In this document: piece by piece, positions 13,501 to 26,185 of the stretch
How the letters are laid out: each line of letters opens with the position of its first letter
How positions within the stretch are numbered: position 1 is the first letter of the stretch
Source of the DNA: Ginglymostoma cirratum
Taxonomy: Eukaryota
DNA length: 64,000 nucleotides
Assembly: GCA_024137785.1 (NCBI GenBank)
Contig: JAHRHZ010000271.1
Span: forward strand, 3,943,369 to 4,007,368
Direction: 5' to 3'
Notes under the pieces: model-generated
What the model saw: the letters and a program-made list of their open reading frames with translations, nothing else
What the model was told of the DNA's origin: nothing
Databases searched by the model: none
Made by a program: the position numbers and the translations under genes

Positions 13501-15064
13501 GCTCATCGGAAAATATACCCTAGTCACTCGTGGGCAAGTGAAGTGGAGTAGACTGTATTTAAAGTTGTAAAATGGTGGGAAAGAATTATGTGCTAACTTT
13601 AGAGAATGTCCTTTGCCCAGGAGAGGCACCTCCCGAGAAGATAGTACCCTCCCTACTCACTTATACTTCAAAACCCAAACCATCACTCCCAGTGCCCCAT
13701 CTCTAACAGGGCAAACCCTTAAATCCTTGCATCTTGAGCATCCTTAATTCTAACTGGTCCAATATTGGTGACTGTGCCAACATCTTATTCTTTGGAACTC
13801 CCTCTCCACCCGATTACTCTGCCTTGCCTGTTTAAGATGCTCCTTAGAACTACCTCTTTGACCAATCTTTTGTTTTAATGCCTCCTAATGTGGCATAATG
13901 ATCTGTTTTGTTTCATCGTCCTTCAGTGAAGCACCTTCAGATGGTTTGTAATATTAAAGGTGCTCTACAAGAATTGTGGGACATCAAATTGAGATTGACA
14001 TCATGCCATATTCTGATTGGAATGTATATGAAATTAAAAATAGAGAAGTGGGAATTAGCACTCCATGCCTGAAGAGCTGATACAGTCAGAATCTCCGTTG
14101 CATTTTAAAAAATACTTGGATTGTACTTGAATTTTCATGAACTATGATGCTATGAATTAAGCTGGACAGCTCCTTTTAGACTGGTGCAAACAGAATGAGC
14201 CTGCTATTAAAATTGTCTTTATTTCTGTTTATAATTGCCCGTAGGTTGCAGACATTAATGGACCCTGTTTAAATGAATGGAACTTGATTCATTTGCTCCA
14301 TGGCTCCCCTTCAGTTGAAATTGCTTCGCATTCGTGAAGGAGGCAGATCAATAGCGTAGTTCTTGTAGTGTCATTTGCAAATTTCGGAATGATCTGATCT
14401 GGCAGAGAACCAGACTTGATGATGGGCACATTGATCACCAAACAGTGAAATGTACAAGGGTCAGATTGGTCAGCTACGAGACTTGATTCATCATTAACTA
14501 ACTAACATATACAAAATCATCAATCATATCTGACAGTGCCATTCATATAAAGGATGAGTGTACCACCAGATATTGACAAATCATCCAATGAAATGAATTA
14601 ATTTGTAGCTCGCAAATCTTCAAGAAACCACAGAAATGATGCTCTTTGGAGGGTTGGTGTTGACTCGACGGGCTGAATGGCCTGCTTCCATACTGTAGGG
14701 ATTCTATGATTCAATTCTATGAATAGAGTTGTTTAGTGGATTATGTTACGAGAACAGGTTGCACAGGTTTGACTTGTATTCCCCCGAGATGGAATCGTGG
14801 AACGGTTACAGCACAGAGGATGCCATTCAATCCTTCCATGCTGTTCCTCTGCAGTAGTAACTCAACTAAGCCCATTCTCCCACACTGTCCCTGTAGTTCT
14901 ATTATTTTTTTCTTCGATTTACAAACTGTCCCAATGACAATGGGCTAGGAGGATTGTGACAAATTCTTCCAATTCACGTTTACACAGTATACCTTCCTGC
15001 AATCTCACTGAAAGAAGCACCGGGACTATTTATCTGGCTTTTTTAAATCAAAGGAAACATCATT

Positions 15065-16090
15065 GAAATAAAAGCAAAATGCCGCTGATACTGGAAATCT
15101 GAAATTATAAACAAAGTACAGGAGAAACCCAATAGGTCTGACAGCACCTATGGAGAAAAACAGAATTAAAGTGTCAAGACCAATTTGACTCCTTTTTGGA
15201 ACTGAAGAAGCTGGAAAATGAAGCTTTTTTTATGCTGTTGATAAAGGGGAGTGAGGAGAGAGTGGAACAGATAGTGAGGTTGTCTGGAGTAAATGCTAAA
15301 AGGAGTGCTAATTGTAGTAAAGGAGAAATAGGTACAGAATAGGTGTTAATGCAGAAAGCAAGCCTATACAAACAAGAAACAGGAGTCTGGAGTAGGGGAA
15401 GGATGTGAAACAAAATTGGGAATAGTGTTTATGGTCTGAAGTTGCTCTACTCAATGCTGAGTCCTGAAGCCTCTAAAATGCCTAAGTGGAAAATGAGGTA
15501 TTGTTGCTCCAGCTTGCATTGAGCTTTGGTGAAGCTTTGCAATAGGATTAGGACAGAAATGCTAGCATAAGAACAACATGGTGTATTGAAATGGGAAGAA
15601 ACTGAAAGGGGGGACATTCTTACAGACAGAGGTATTCCCCAAAGGCGTCACTCAGTCTGTGTTTTGTCTCACCAATACAGAGGACACCGTATTGTGAGCA
15701 GCGAATGCTGTAGACTAGATTGAAAGAAATGCAAGTAAAACTGCTTTGCTTGGAAGATGTGTTGGACCCTTGGACAGTGAGGAAGGAGGAGAGGAAACAG
15801 CAACTTCTGCAATTTCATGAGGGAGTTAAGAGGAGGAATTGGGAATGGTGGAGGAACGGAGCAGAGGGATGAGGAGGGAATGGTCCCTGTGGAGTACTGA
15901 CAAAGGAGGCCAAGGAATAGTTGGCAATAGCAATCTGTTGGTTGAGGCATAAATGGTGAAAGATGATGCTTTGAATGCAGAGACTGATGGTAAGGTTTAG
16001 TGAGGATGAGATTGCTCTGGGAGGGGAAGAGGTGAGGCTCTCTTCCCCTCAGTGAGCACATGGTGAGAGATTTTAGCCTGGAGAACACTT
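15065..16090 (-). mobile_element. Penelope-like element 3' part with GIY-YIG endonuclease remnant
   Basis: Minus strand SNLVYSIRCSQYGVLCIGENK (GIY-YIG-type motif), followed by a PLE terminal sequence. Confidence 0.75.
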
Positions 16091-16139
16091 ACTAGATCTC
16101 CAGTCCTTGAGCCATATTGAGGAAGTAACAATGGATAAA

Positions 16140-16436
16140 TGGGCGGCACGGTGGCTCAGTGGTTAGCACTGCAGCCTCACAGTGCCAGGGTCCCGGGTTC
16201 GATTCCAGCCCCAGGTGACTGTCTGTGTGGAGTTTGCACATTCTCCCCGTGTCTGTGTGGGTTTCCTCTGGGTGCTCTGGTTTCCTCCCACAGTCCAAAG
16301 ATGTGCAGGCTAGGTGGATTGGCCATGCTAAATTGCCCATAGTGTTCAGGGGTGTGTGGGTCTGGGTGGGATGTTCCAAGGGTTGGTGTGGACTTGTTGG
16401 GCCGAAGGGCCTGTTTCCACACTGTAGGGATTCTAA
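16140..16436 (+). mobile_element. HE1-type SINE, well preserved
   Basis: gggcggcacggtggctcagtggttagc, B box ggttcgattcc, tail ccacactgtagggattc. Confidence 0.9.
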
Positions 16437-16529
16437 TTCATAAAGTACATTATCACTCCGGGGGCCCCTACTAGAGTGGGGAGGTAAAGGAAGAAAGAGC
16501 TGTATAAGTAAGGCAATACTGCAGACTGC

Positions 16530-17640
16530 TGTAGTGAAGGGCAGCTACAGGGTACCTGACATCAACTCGTTTGATGCAGGACTGGTTGCCAACAGGCAAC
16601 CTCCTCATTGTTTGACTGGAAACCATGCCTTTGATAAGTGAGATAACAAGGTGGAGAGCTGGATGAACACAGCAGGCCGAGCAGGAAGGCTGATGTTTCT
16701 GGGCCTAAACCCTTCTTCAGAAATGATTTCTGATGTTGTTTGGCCTGCTGTGTTCATCCAGCTCGACACCTTGTTATCTCAGCATCTGCAGTTCCAACTA
16801 TCTCTGAATCCTTTAAGTGCTGTGGGATTGTTGAAGGTTGCTGTTGGATCATTGATTAACCCAGGCCCATTGGGAAATTGATCCATTTTGAAAACATGAG
16901 GAGTCTTTGAATAAGGCTTTGGCCTCCCCAACTTCACACAGGGCTAGAGAGGAGCTTGAAATGGGAGGGGAAAAATCTAATTGTAATGCGGGGGGCGAAG
17001 ATACCAATGGCATAGATAGAGCTATGCTCTGCAGAGGGAGTATGAACAGATTGGGCTACATTGAATGGCAGAATCACATAGATGATAGTCTTTGGATTAC
17101 TACCTGAACCACAAGCCACTTGGCATAGGGGAAATATGACCAGACAGTTGAAAGCATGGTTCAAAGTTTGGTAAATGGGCTTTGATGGGTCAGATGCTGA
17201 CACCCAATACTGAGGGAAGAAGGAGGTGTAACACTGGGAGGGTCTTCACCTGAATCATGTTCCAATCAGTGGCCAGGTGAATCCTATAACTAGGGCTATA
17301 GAGAGGGTTCCACTCTAAATCGTGGGGAAGAGTGGCGGGTCCACATGAAAGGAATTATAGAAATTATAATGGATCAAAGTTACTGGTGGGATTAGGTTCC
17401 AGGTCCCACAACTGTTACTACACTGTATGAAAGTGTATTGACTCTTGATTTTTGATCAGACAAAATTAAAACCAAATGATACTTGACCCAGACAACCAGT
17501 GCGTAGCTGGAGGAACACAGCAGAAGTAGGGTCCTGACCCAAAATGTCAACTTTCCTGTTCCTCTAATGCTGCCTGGCTGTGCTCCTCCAGCTTCACACT
17601 GTTATCTCTTACTCCAGCATCTGCAGTTCTTGCTATTACT
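16530..17640. mobile_element. Penelope-like remnants including inverted terminal pairs (16640-16805 and 17497-17640)
   Basis: gagataacaaggtggagagctggatgaacacagcaggcc pairs with its reverse complement at 16742-16780; degenerate CTGAAGA..GAAAC motif; possible RT remnants at about 16850-17260. Confidence 0.6.
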
Positions 17641-20600
17641 GAGTAATACTCGACCAACGTCAGGTTATTACTTTACAGTTCCCTTGGTTGCATTTTCTGA
17701 CTGAGGTTTGGCCTTCATCCCTCCCTGTCTGTCTCTGTCTCTCACTCTCTGGTCTTAGTCCTCCTTGTCAGGGTGAGGCTGATGGCTCCTCAACACTTAA
17801 TTTCATCTCTCAAATCATTTATTGTTCCTGCACAAGGAAGCATTACAAAACTTAGTTTTTAACCTCTTTACAGCCATCATATCATCTCACACCAAAGTCA
17901 AATTAACTTGATAACTGACTGTGAGGGTTACTAGCCTGATTTGATTACTTTTTAATTAAAACTCAAATTGATAAGACGCCTGTGCAGCAATGAACAAAGA
18001 CCTTTTCATGCTGTACAAAAGGGTATTCAGTGCACTGATACAGTGTTCCTTTTGTACACGACTCTATTCATTCCAACGATATAACCTGTTTAAGGTCTGC
18101 GCATCAAGGTCTCTTGCTTTAATCTCATGGCGCCGTGTTTTTACATTGTAGTCAATTACAAATATTTTTCACATCTCTGCGCTTATAATACCAATCCATT
18201 AATGCAGATATTTATATTGCAAGATTTCTAATTGACTAGCTGACACTAGTTAGTTGTAAATTTGCAGAGTTTGCAACATCCATTATGTTGGTAACTAGCC
18301 TATGTCATTATGGGGATTTCTGAGTAAACACTTGATTGAAATCCTAATGTAAGCCGTGGTGATTAATATCACACTTCATCAGACCTGTACTTTATTCCTT
18401 AATGTCCATCACAGCTCATTTAGGCATACTACCTATAGTTACAGTAATATGCATGATATATAGCAATACTGTTGTGTACCGCCAAGCAACTTGTCTCTTC
18501 TATTAGCCTCATATGCTCTTCATCAACCTGGAGGAGTGTAAGATTAATTCACTGGGGACATCACCAAGTCAAAGGAGTACATAATAAATTGGACAGTACT
18601 GAGAGGTATGGAGAAAGTGAGGAAGCCAGTGTCCACAGATGTGAGCGGAACAGAACAGATTGATATGGTGATAAAAATGACATAAAATACTTTACTAGCC
18701 AAAACATAGGAATTTGAAATAACTGCACAAAGGCTTGTATCCTGTCACAAGTCACCCTTTGTTTACAAGTGCACAGTGTACTCGCTGTGGCCAACCAGCT
18801 TGGAATCAGTTCCTGCAATTCGAGGAGATTCTAAATCCCCTGTTTATATTGCTCAACGAGGGCTTTTCTGTTTGGCTCAGGTTAACAACCCCAATCGAGG
18901 ACTTCATAGTCAACAAGGTCTACCTAGTTCCAATCACTACATCCCTCCCCAACGCAAATCCAGGGATGTAGGCCTGGTATTTCTCTTGTAGGTTTTCCTG
19001 TTATGTTTTTGCCCCAGGTTTGGTTCCTCTGATTCGGACTCTGACGGGTCAGCATATATTGGACCGTGGCCCATCTCTTGAGTCCAAAGAGCTTCGGGAA
19101 AGTTTCCTCCTCTTCTTCCGGCGGTAATGGCATTGAGGCTCCATCCGTTTCGACACTAAATGGAGGGGGAGGACTTGCAGTTTCTGACTGTTCTTTGGGG
19201 CCAGGTATGTCTTGCTCCTGCCCTGTTTGCGAGGTAACAGCTTTCAGGTGATCCACGTGTTTGTTCAGGACTGTATCACCTACCCAAACTTTGTAAGTCA
19301 CAGGACCTGACCTCACATCAACCTCACCTCATACCCACACAGGGCCATTTCTATGGTTCCGGCACCAAACTCTATCCCCTGAACTAAACTGTCTCTCTCG
19401 CTTAGAGGAAGTATTTGGCCTGCATTGGCATTTCTGATGCTGTTTCACCTCCCCCCTCCAGGTCTGGGAATATCAGCTTTAACCTGGTGCAGAGTCTTCT
19501 CCCCACCGGCAACTCTGCTGGAACTATCCCTGTTGTTGCATGTGAGGTGGTCCTGTAGTCGAATAGGAACTGGGACAGTTTGGTATTGAATGAAGCTGTA
19601 GGTTACTTCTTTAAGCCTGCCTTCAAATTGGGACCACTCTTTCCGCCAAACAATGGATGGTATGGAGCTGTCCTTATGTGCCGAATGCCATTCGACTTCA
19701 GGAAACACTCAAATTCCCTGCTGGTAAATGATGTCCCATTGTCCATGACCAATGCATCCTGGAGTCTGTGTATCGTGAATGATGCTCGCATTTTTTCAAT
19801 CATCATCCCTGAGTTTGCTGAATGAACTCTACACATGTCCAACAACTTTGAATGGACATTCACAATGATCAGGAACATTGAGCCTATGAAAGGACTGGCA
19901 TAGTCGACATGTCACTGAGTCCAGGGTTTACCAGGCCATTCCCACAAACATGGGGGTGCAGTGGGTGGCAAGTTTTGACCTGTTGGCAGTCTGGGCACTG
20001 CCCCACCAACACGGCTATGTTGGCATCCAACCCTGACCACCAGACATAGCTTCTTGCCAGCATCATCATCTTGGAAACTCTTGGATGACCCTGGTGGAGT
20101 TTGGCCAGTATCTGGCAGAGACCTTTACTCAGGATGATCACTTTTGCTCCCCATAGTAATATGTGTCCACATCTGATATTGTCAGCCATGACCAGAAGGG
20201 TGTCCAGGAAGTTAAACCCAAATGGACTCTTCCAGGGGAGGCACCACCAGTGGCGTATCTGCCAGTGGGAGGTGGCTCAAGGCTTCCCGGACGGTGTTCT
20301 AACTTGTAAGCTTTGAGAATAAGGACCCACCACTGAATTCTACCAGAAGCTACGGGTGGCGCTGCCTCGTCTTCCTTCAGTAGCCCTAGCAGGGGTTTGT
20401 GATCTGTTACTAAGACAAATTCTGTCTTTAAATGCATTGGTGGAATTTCCTTATGCCAAAGATGACCGCCAAACCTTCCTTCTCTATCTGGGCATATGTG
20501 TTCAGCATCAGCCAAAGTCCGGGAAGTGTACAATATTGGGCATTCCTTTCCATTGGGCCGCGAGTGAGCCAACACTATCCCAATACCATACCAGGAGTCA

Positions 20601-20954
20601 CATGTCAGCACCATCTCTCACTTTGGAGCAGACCTTAGATGACGATGGCTTCTTTTCAGTTCCCTAAATGGCTACTTGGCTACACCACCATTTCCAAGGC
20701 TGACCCTTTTACAACAGCAGATGTAAGAACGCCAAGATGAAGTTTCCATAATAATTTATTAAACAAGGAACGATCTAAGCTCAGGTACAGACCTGGGAGC
20801 TGAGGCTCCTTTGATTGCCATCACTTTATTTTGCAACATATGTAACGCGGTTTTGTTGACTCGTAACCCAAGTAGGTCACTTGGGATGCCTGGAACACAC
20901 ATTTTTCTCTTCTAAGATGTACACCAGTCTGGGAGAAACATTTAAGCACTACAA

Positions 20955-21130
20955 GATTTTGGAGTAGATTTGTAGCTCAGGTTGTGGGTGTAAAGGTTGG
21001 TTGGCTCGGCGAGCTGGTTTATTGTTCCGCAGACGTTTCATTACCCTGCTGGGTAACATCATCAGTGCAGCCTTCGATGAAGAGTCGGTGTGTTTTCCCG
21101 CCTGGTTTTTAAACACTGGAGTCTGTTGAG
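20955..21130 (-). mobile_element. Penelope-like element terminal fragment inserted in the Gypsy element
   Basis: Carries the hammerhead motif and interrupts the Gypsy internal region. A related + strand remnant lies at about 965-1062. Confidence 0.7.
21027..21070 (-). ncRNA. Penelope-type minimal type I hammerhead ribozyme motif
   Basis: Minus strand reads CUGCA-CUGAUGA-U-GUUACCC-AGCA-GGGUAAU-GAAAC-GUC-UGCGG: intact core, 7-bp stem II, 5-bp stem I, loopless palindromic ACGU stem III and GUC cleavage triplet. Confidence 0.7.
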
Positions 21131-21929
21131 CACTATGTCCAAGCCAGTTGTAGTGCCTGTTTGAAGTCTAGTTGGGCTTCAGCTAGTAGGTGTTTCTGCA
21201 TAGTTACATTAGTCCCACATACCAAACTGTCTCTCAGCATCTCACTCAGGGTTAACCCAAAATCACATGCCTCTGATAGTTATCTTAGCCTCGTCAAAAT
21301 CCTGATACGGATTCCCCTGGTCCTCTAACAGCCAAATAAAACCAATAGCATCTCAGGATTAGAAGAGACTTGGGGCCATAATATTCCATAACCAGCTATG
21401 CCGACTGTCAGAAAGTTTTAATGTCTGGTGCCTCTAGGAAAGTTAAGCCGCTTATAACTGAAAATGCTGCGGATCTACAAGCAGTAAGAAGGATTACTCG
21501 TAGCTTTTCATTTGCCCAAGAAAAAATGTTGCGTTCTTTCCACAATCTTTGACAGCAGGGTCAAATGAGTCAAGCTCCCCGAATAGAAGCATGATGCCAG
21601 AAATGCTTATCCCCAATTCCAAGATGACTGTTGCAAGTGAATGTTCTTCAGACATATACTGTTTTCTCTCATTGCCACTGAAATAACTGCGCAGAGGCCA
21701 ATATCCATCACCAAGTCACCCCTTATTTACTTGTGTGCACTTGACTGGCTATAGCCAGCCAGCTTGGAGTTAGTCCCTTAAACTTGAGGACGTTCTAAAT
21801 CCCCTAGTAATATTTGTCAGCCAGGGCTTTCCTGAAAGGCTCAGGTTTGCAAACCCAATCGAGGACCTCAATCGATAAGGTCTACCTGGTTCCAATCACT
21901 GCAGATTTACAAGCAGGAAGGTTAAGTGG

Positions 21930-22237
21930 GAATTATTTAAGATATGAGTAGGCCATTCCCTGAACATTGTGGGCTGTTATGGTCGCCATATTACAGAAAG
22001 AATGTAATTGCACTGGGTAGAGAAGGGCTTTATAAGGATATTACTAAGTCTGAAAAATTGCAGTGACAAGGAAAGATCGGATAGTCTTTGACAGTCCTAC
22101 CCTGGAATAGGGAAGGCTGAGGGTAGATCTGATTTAGAATACAAAGTCATGAGAGGTCTGGTAGATTGGATGAGTAAGCCACATTTCCCCGGGCAGTGAG
22201 GTCAGTCACTAGGAGGGCATGGATTTAAAGTGTTTGG
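21930..22237 (+). mobile_element. CR1-type LINE 3' fragment running into the assembly gap
   Basis: WSPYYRK-like and RLRVDLI..YKVMRG..TRRAW decayed RT C-terminus. Confidence 0.7.
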
Positions 22238-22637
22238 NNNNNNNNNNNNNNNNNNNNNNNNNNNNNNNNNNNNNNNNNNNNNNNNNNNNNNNNNNNNNNN
22301 NNNNNNNNNNNNNNNNNNNNNNNNNNNNNNNNNNNNNNNNNNNNNNNNNNNNNNNNNNNNNNNNNNNNNNNNNNNNNNNNNNNNNNNNNNNNNNNNNNNN
22401 NNNNNNNNNNNNNNNNNNNNNNNNNNNNNNNNNNNNNNNNNNNNNNNNNNNNNNNNNNNNNNNNNNNNNNNNNNNNNNNNNNNNNNNNNNNNNNNNNNNN
22501 NNNNNNNNNNNNNNNNNNNNNNNNNNNNNNNNNNNNNNNNNNNNNNNNNNNNNNNNNNNNNNNNNNNNNNNNNNNNNNNNNNNNNNNNNNNNNNNNNNNN
22601 NNNNNNNNNNNNNNNNNNNNNNNNNNNNNNNNNNNNN
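22238..22637. other. Assembly gap (400 N)
   Basis: Run of N. Confidence 1.
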
Positions 22638-22775
22638 CGGTGGGACAGTGTTCTCTGGGGTTTGAGGTACACGGTGGGACAGTGTTCTCTGGGGTTTGAG
22701 GTACACGGTGGGACAGTGTTCTCTGGGGTTTGAGGTACACGGTGGGACAGTGTTCTCTGGGGTTTGAGGTACGCG
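22638..22775. repeat. 34-bp minisatellite, four visible copies next to the gap
   Basis: Unit cggtgggacagtgttctctggggtttgaggtaca, near-identical copies. Confidence 0.95.
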
Positions 22776-22924
22776 GTTTGCCCTTCTGTCATTGTACGCT
22801 GTTTTTGTGCTCTCTCTTTTAAGAGCAAAGTGCTACATTGTTTTCTGCTGCTTGATGTACAAGGTATGACAGTGCATCCTGAGTTACTTGTTGTAGTTTG
22901 CTGACTGTGTATTCCTGGATATAA

Positions 22925-22957
22925 GCACACGCACACGCACGCGCACGCGCACACGCG
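22925..22957. repeat. Alternating purine-pyrimidine (CA/CG)n tract
   Basis: gcacacgcacacgcacgcgcacgcgcacacgcg. Confidence 0.9.
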
Positions 22958-25322
22958 GTGATATCTCTGTTGAGTGTTTGAAGTTTACAATGTTACTGTT
23001 CCCTGGTGTTGAGTGTACTGTGGTACTGAAACACAAATATTGACATTGCTGTCTGCTCCGTATGCAATACTTCTCCAGTGTTTGAAAGTCACAATACACC
23101 TCCCTTGTCTGGTGCTGCTGAACACTGCGATAATGCTGTGTTAAGTATGACATATCCTCAGGAACTGAAATATAAAATTTGACATCGTTCGCTGGTGTAT
23201 GAGTTCAATTTGTAAAAATGTTCTCTGTAATTTGAAGCGCACAATGCAGCAGGTGTCATTGGAAGTATGTAAAGCTCATAGAAAGAAGCAGTAAGGTGTA
23301 TGAAGAAAAATTTCAGGATCAGAATTACACATGCAGTTAAAACACGGATTCCTTTATTCTCCTCCAGACTTCCTCTACTGATATGGCAGCCTAAGTGGAC
23401 AAAATGCACAATGCAATTGTCAGTACACTGCCTGTCTCCTCTCCTTAGTAAATGTGAGGCTTGGTGTATTTCACCGGTTTGGTTTGAAAAAGTGCGAACA
23501 TTCAACCAAAGTAACTTCGTTTCATTTATGAAGCTAAATGTTTGTCAGGATCCTAGACCAGACTGCAGTAGTTTTGTTATCATCCCAAATGAGATCACCA
23601 AAATTACATTACAATCTGATTAGGGACCACTAAAGTTGACTTTTAAGGTGAACAAAACTTGGTATCCAGGGGACTTACTAAGAGAATAAAGCCACAAGAT
23701 TCCACTTGAGAACACTTGACTATCCAAATCATAATAGGAATCCAACCTACAATCCTGGCATAACTTATTTCTAACAACCAGAGTTAACATGTGATAATCA
23801 TGGCTAATATTGAACATCCCATAGTGCATATATGACTCCTCAGTATTTCCTGTGATTATGGTAGGTCATCAAATCTCACTAAACTCTACAAGGGAGTATA
23901 ATTTTTCACTTTTTCTGGGTTCACTTTCCCCTCGACTCAAGAAGCTGAACTCCCTCACAGGCATATCTCCAGCTTTTAGCTGACAGCTAGCTTCACCAAG
24001 TTAGATCTTTTCTTGTGTTTCTTTTACCCTGAGCTCCCAGACACTGCTTGTGGCTTTTCAACACCACCACCACCAATAGACCCCAGCCTTTCAGCTGTAA
24101 TGACTGATTGGTGCCCCTCAGCTTCTTGTAAATGTCAACTTCCAGGACTTTTCAATACTAGTTGTCCACTAACTCCTATACCTTGGCTTGAGTTCTCCAT
24201 TGCAAGGAGATATCTAACTGTTCTTGGCTTCTCACCAGGTCCCCAACTGCACAGGCTCAGTGTAGCTTCCTTGTCGTCTTAGCAACACAGCTCAGCAGTT
24301 CATTTCTACAGGAGATTGCTTTTCTTCCTCCTAGAACTTCCCTGAACCCCAGTTCCACAAAGCTATTCAACACTTTTTTATTCACTCACAGGATATAGGC
24401 GTCGCTGGCTGGGCCAGCATTTATTGCTCGTCCCTAGTTGCCCTTGAGAAGGTGTTGGTGAGATGCCTCTTGAACCCCTGCAGTCTATGTACTATAGGTG
24501 AACCCACAACTCTGTTAGGAGGACTCCAGCTATATGGAACTCCCCATGGAGTTCAGTTGCCTTCCCTATAACACAGTTCAAAATTAGCACTTCCTACATG
24601 GAATCTACCCTTTTTCTCCTTCACATCGTAACTGACTGTCAGCCATTTTCTGTGCTTTAGTGAAGTGAGCCCTGAACTACCCTGAGGGGGGGTGATCGAT
24701 TGGAAACCGTGCAATATGCCTGTGCCCTCAGGCGGGATAGTATTGAATGTTACCACCCAGCAATAACGGTGAGAACAGATTGTGAAATGTAACATTTACA
24801 GCACAGAGAACGCCTGCTTCCTTGGTACAAACGGAATATAACTGGAGGATTTCGTCACGTCTACCAACTGTGTGGTAGAAATGTAACAATGTACTCAGTC
24901 ATGTACAGTGATATGGAAGATTTGATCACCAACCGAAAATAGTTGGCTTTGTAACATAAACAGTTCAGTGCGTGGATGTTTGCTTTCATGAGTGCGATAT
25001 CATTTGACATCAGGTGTGGTCTTGTTCCAACTCACATTCGTCATCTGAGATTCAAATGCTGACAAATAGCTGCTTTTCAGCACTTTAAAGAATGACCCAC
25101 GTCATGTGGTGATTTGTGAACTGCACTCATTGATTCTACTGTGTAGGTCGAAACAAAAGGCTGGATTTTCAGCAAGACTGTTACGTTTTGCCAGCACTTT
25201 ATCTCCTGGCTTTAACAACAAAGCTCCAAATTCTGTGCTTGATTCCATATTTATTATTAGCCCATGACACAGACGTGCTTGGTAGTAATTAGCTCTGGAA
25301 GATGTATGAATGTTGGACATGC

Positions 25323-26185
25323 ATGTGCAAACTCCACACAGACCAGTCTTACAAGGCTGGACCTGAACCTGGGCCTCTGGTGCTGTGAAGCAGCAGTGCT
25401 GATCACTGAGCCACCGTACCACCCTAACGCTTGCATCCACTTTGAAAAAAGCAGTCAGACTGAAACCTGACCAGATTTTTTTAAACTTTGTTTGGACTCA
25501 CTCACATGCTGAGATTTGACAATGGGTCACTATTCGTCAGCAATGAGTTCAACAAATTCCTCAATCACCTGGATTTCACCCCTCGCAAAAAATCACACCC
25601 CATTTGCCAAGAATGAATGGAGAAGTTGGGTGTTATTTTTAAGTATTTCGAGAAACTGATTGCATACAGCTTTGGACGAGGGCAAGTCATGGAAGCAGGA
25701 AATGTTCTGCTTCCCTCATAATTACAGAGAGAGACTCCACTGTAGCCAGGCTGTTTTCAGTCACTGAGTGTGGAGTTTCTCTCTGTAATTGCGAAGGAAG
25801 TAAAACATTTCCTGCTTCCATGACTTGCCCTTATCTGAAGCTGTATGCAATCAGTTTCTCTAAGTACTCAAAATAACACCCAACTTCTCCATTCATTCTT
25901 GGCAAATGGGGTGTGATTTTTTTTTTTCCGGAGGTTGAAGCCCAGGTGTTTGGGACGTTTGTTGAACTCAATGCTGCTGAATAGTGACCCATTGCCACAT
26001 CTCAGCATGAGTGCGTCCAAACAAAGTAAAAGAATCTGGTCAGGTTTTAGGCTGTCTGCTTTTGTTGAAGTGGATGTAGCTATCAGGGTAGTACGGTAGG
26101 TCAGTGGTTAGCACTGTAGCCTCAGTGCTAGGGACCCAGGTCCAATTCCAGCCCCATGTGAATGCTCTGTGTGGAGTTTGCACAT
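25323..26185. repeat. Long inverted repeat (arms 25323-25740 and 25770-26185, 29-nt spacer)
   Basis: Arms are reverse complements, about 90% identical in the inner 150 bp by hand count, with a perfect run of at least 49 bp. Confidence 0.95.

Larger units (their letters stand above)
18715..21903 (-). mobile_element. Internally deleted, decayed Gypsy LTR retrotransposon with both LTRs
   Basis: Direct repeats 18715-18941 and 21679-21903 with TG...CA ends. PPT GGGGAGGGA at 18942-18950 (minus strand) and PBS-like TGGCAATGAG next to the 5' LTR. Near-TSD gaatt/gattt. Frameshifted RNase H (LTCDS..GIGIVL..TDHKPLLGL), integrase Zn finger (LHQGHP..ARSYVWW..CPDCQ) and core (DNGTSFTSREF..NGIRHIRTAPYHP). 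Confidence 0.92.

Noticed and set aside
16140-16215. tRNA genes at SINE heads
   Set aside because: A and B boxes are present but continue into SINE bodies; no complete cloverleaf.
22638-22775. 34-bp repeat as a CRISPR array or GRE array
   Set aside because: Head-to-tail units with no spacers in a vertebrate genome. GGGACAgTGTTCT has a 1-bp spacer, not the 3 bp a GRE needs.
22202-22954. Long ORFs of 148-250 aa
   Set aside because: Artefacts of the N gap and the 34-bp repeat.
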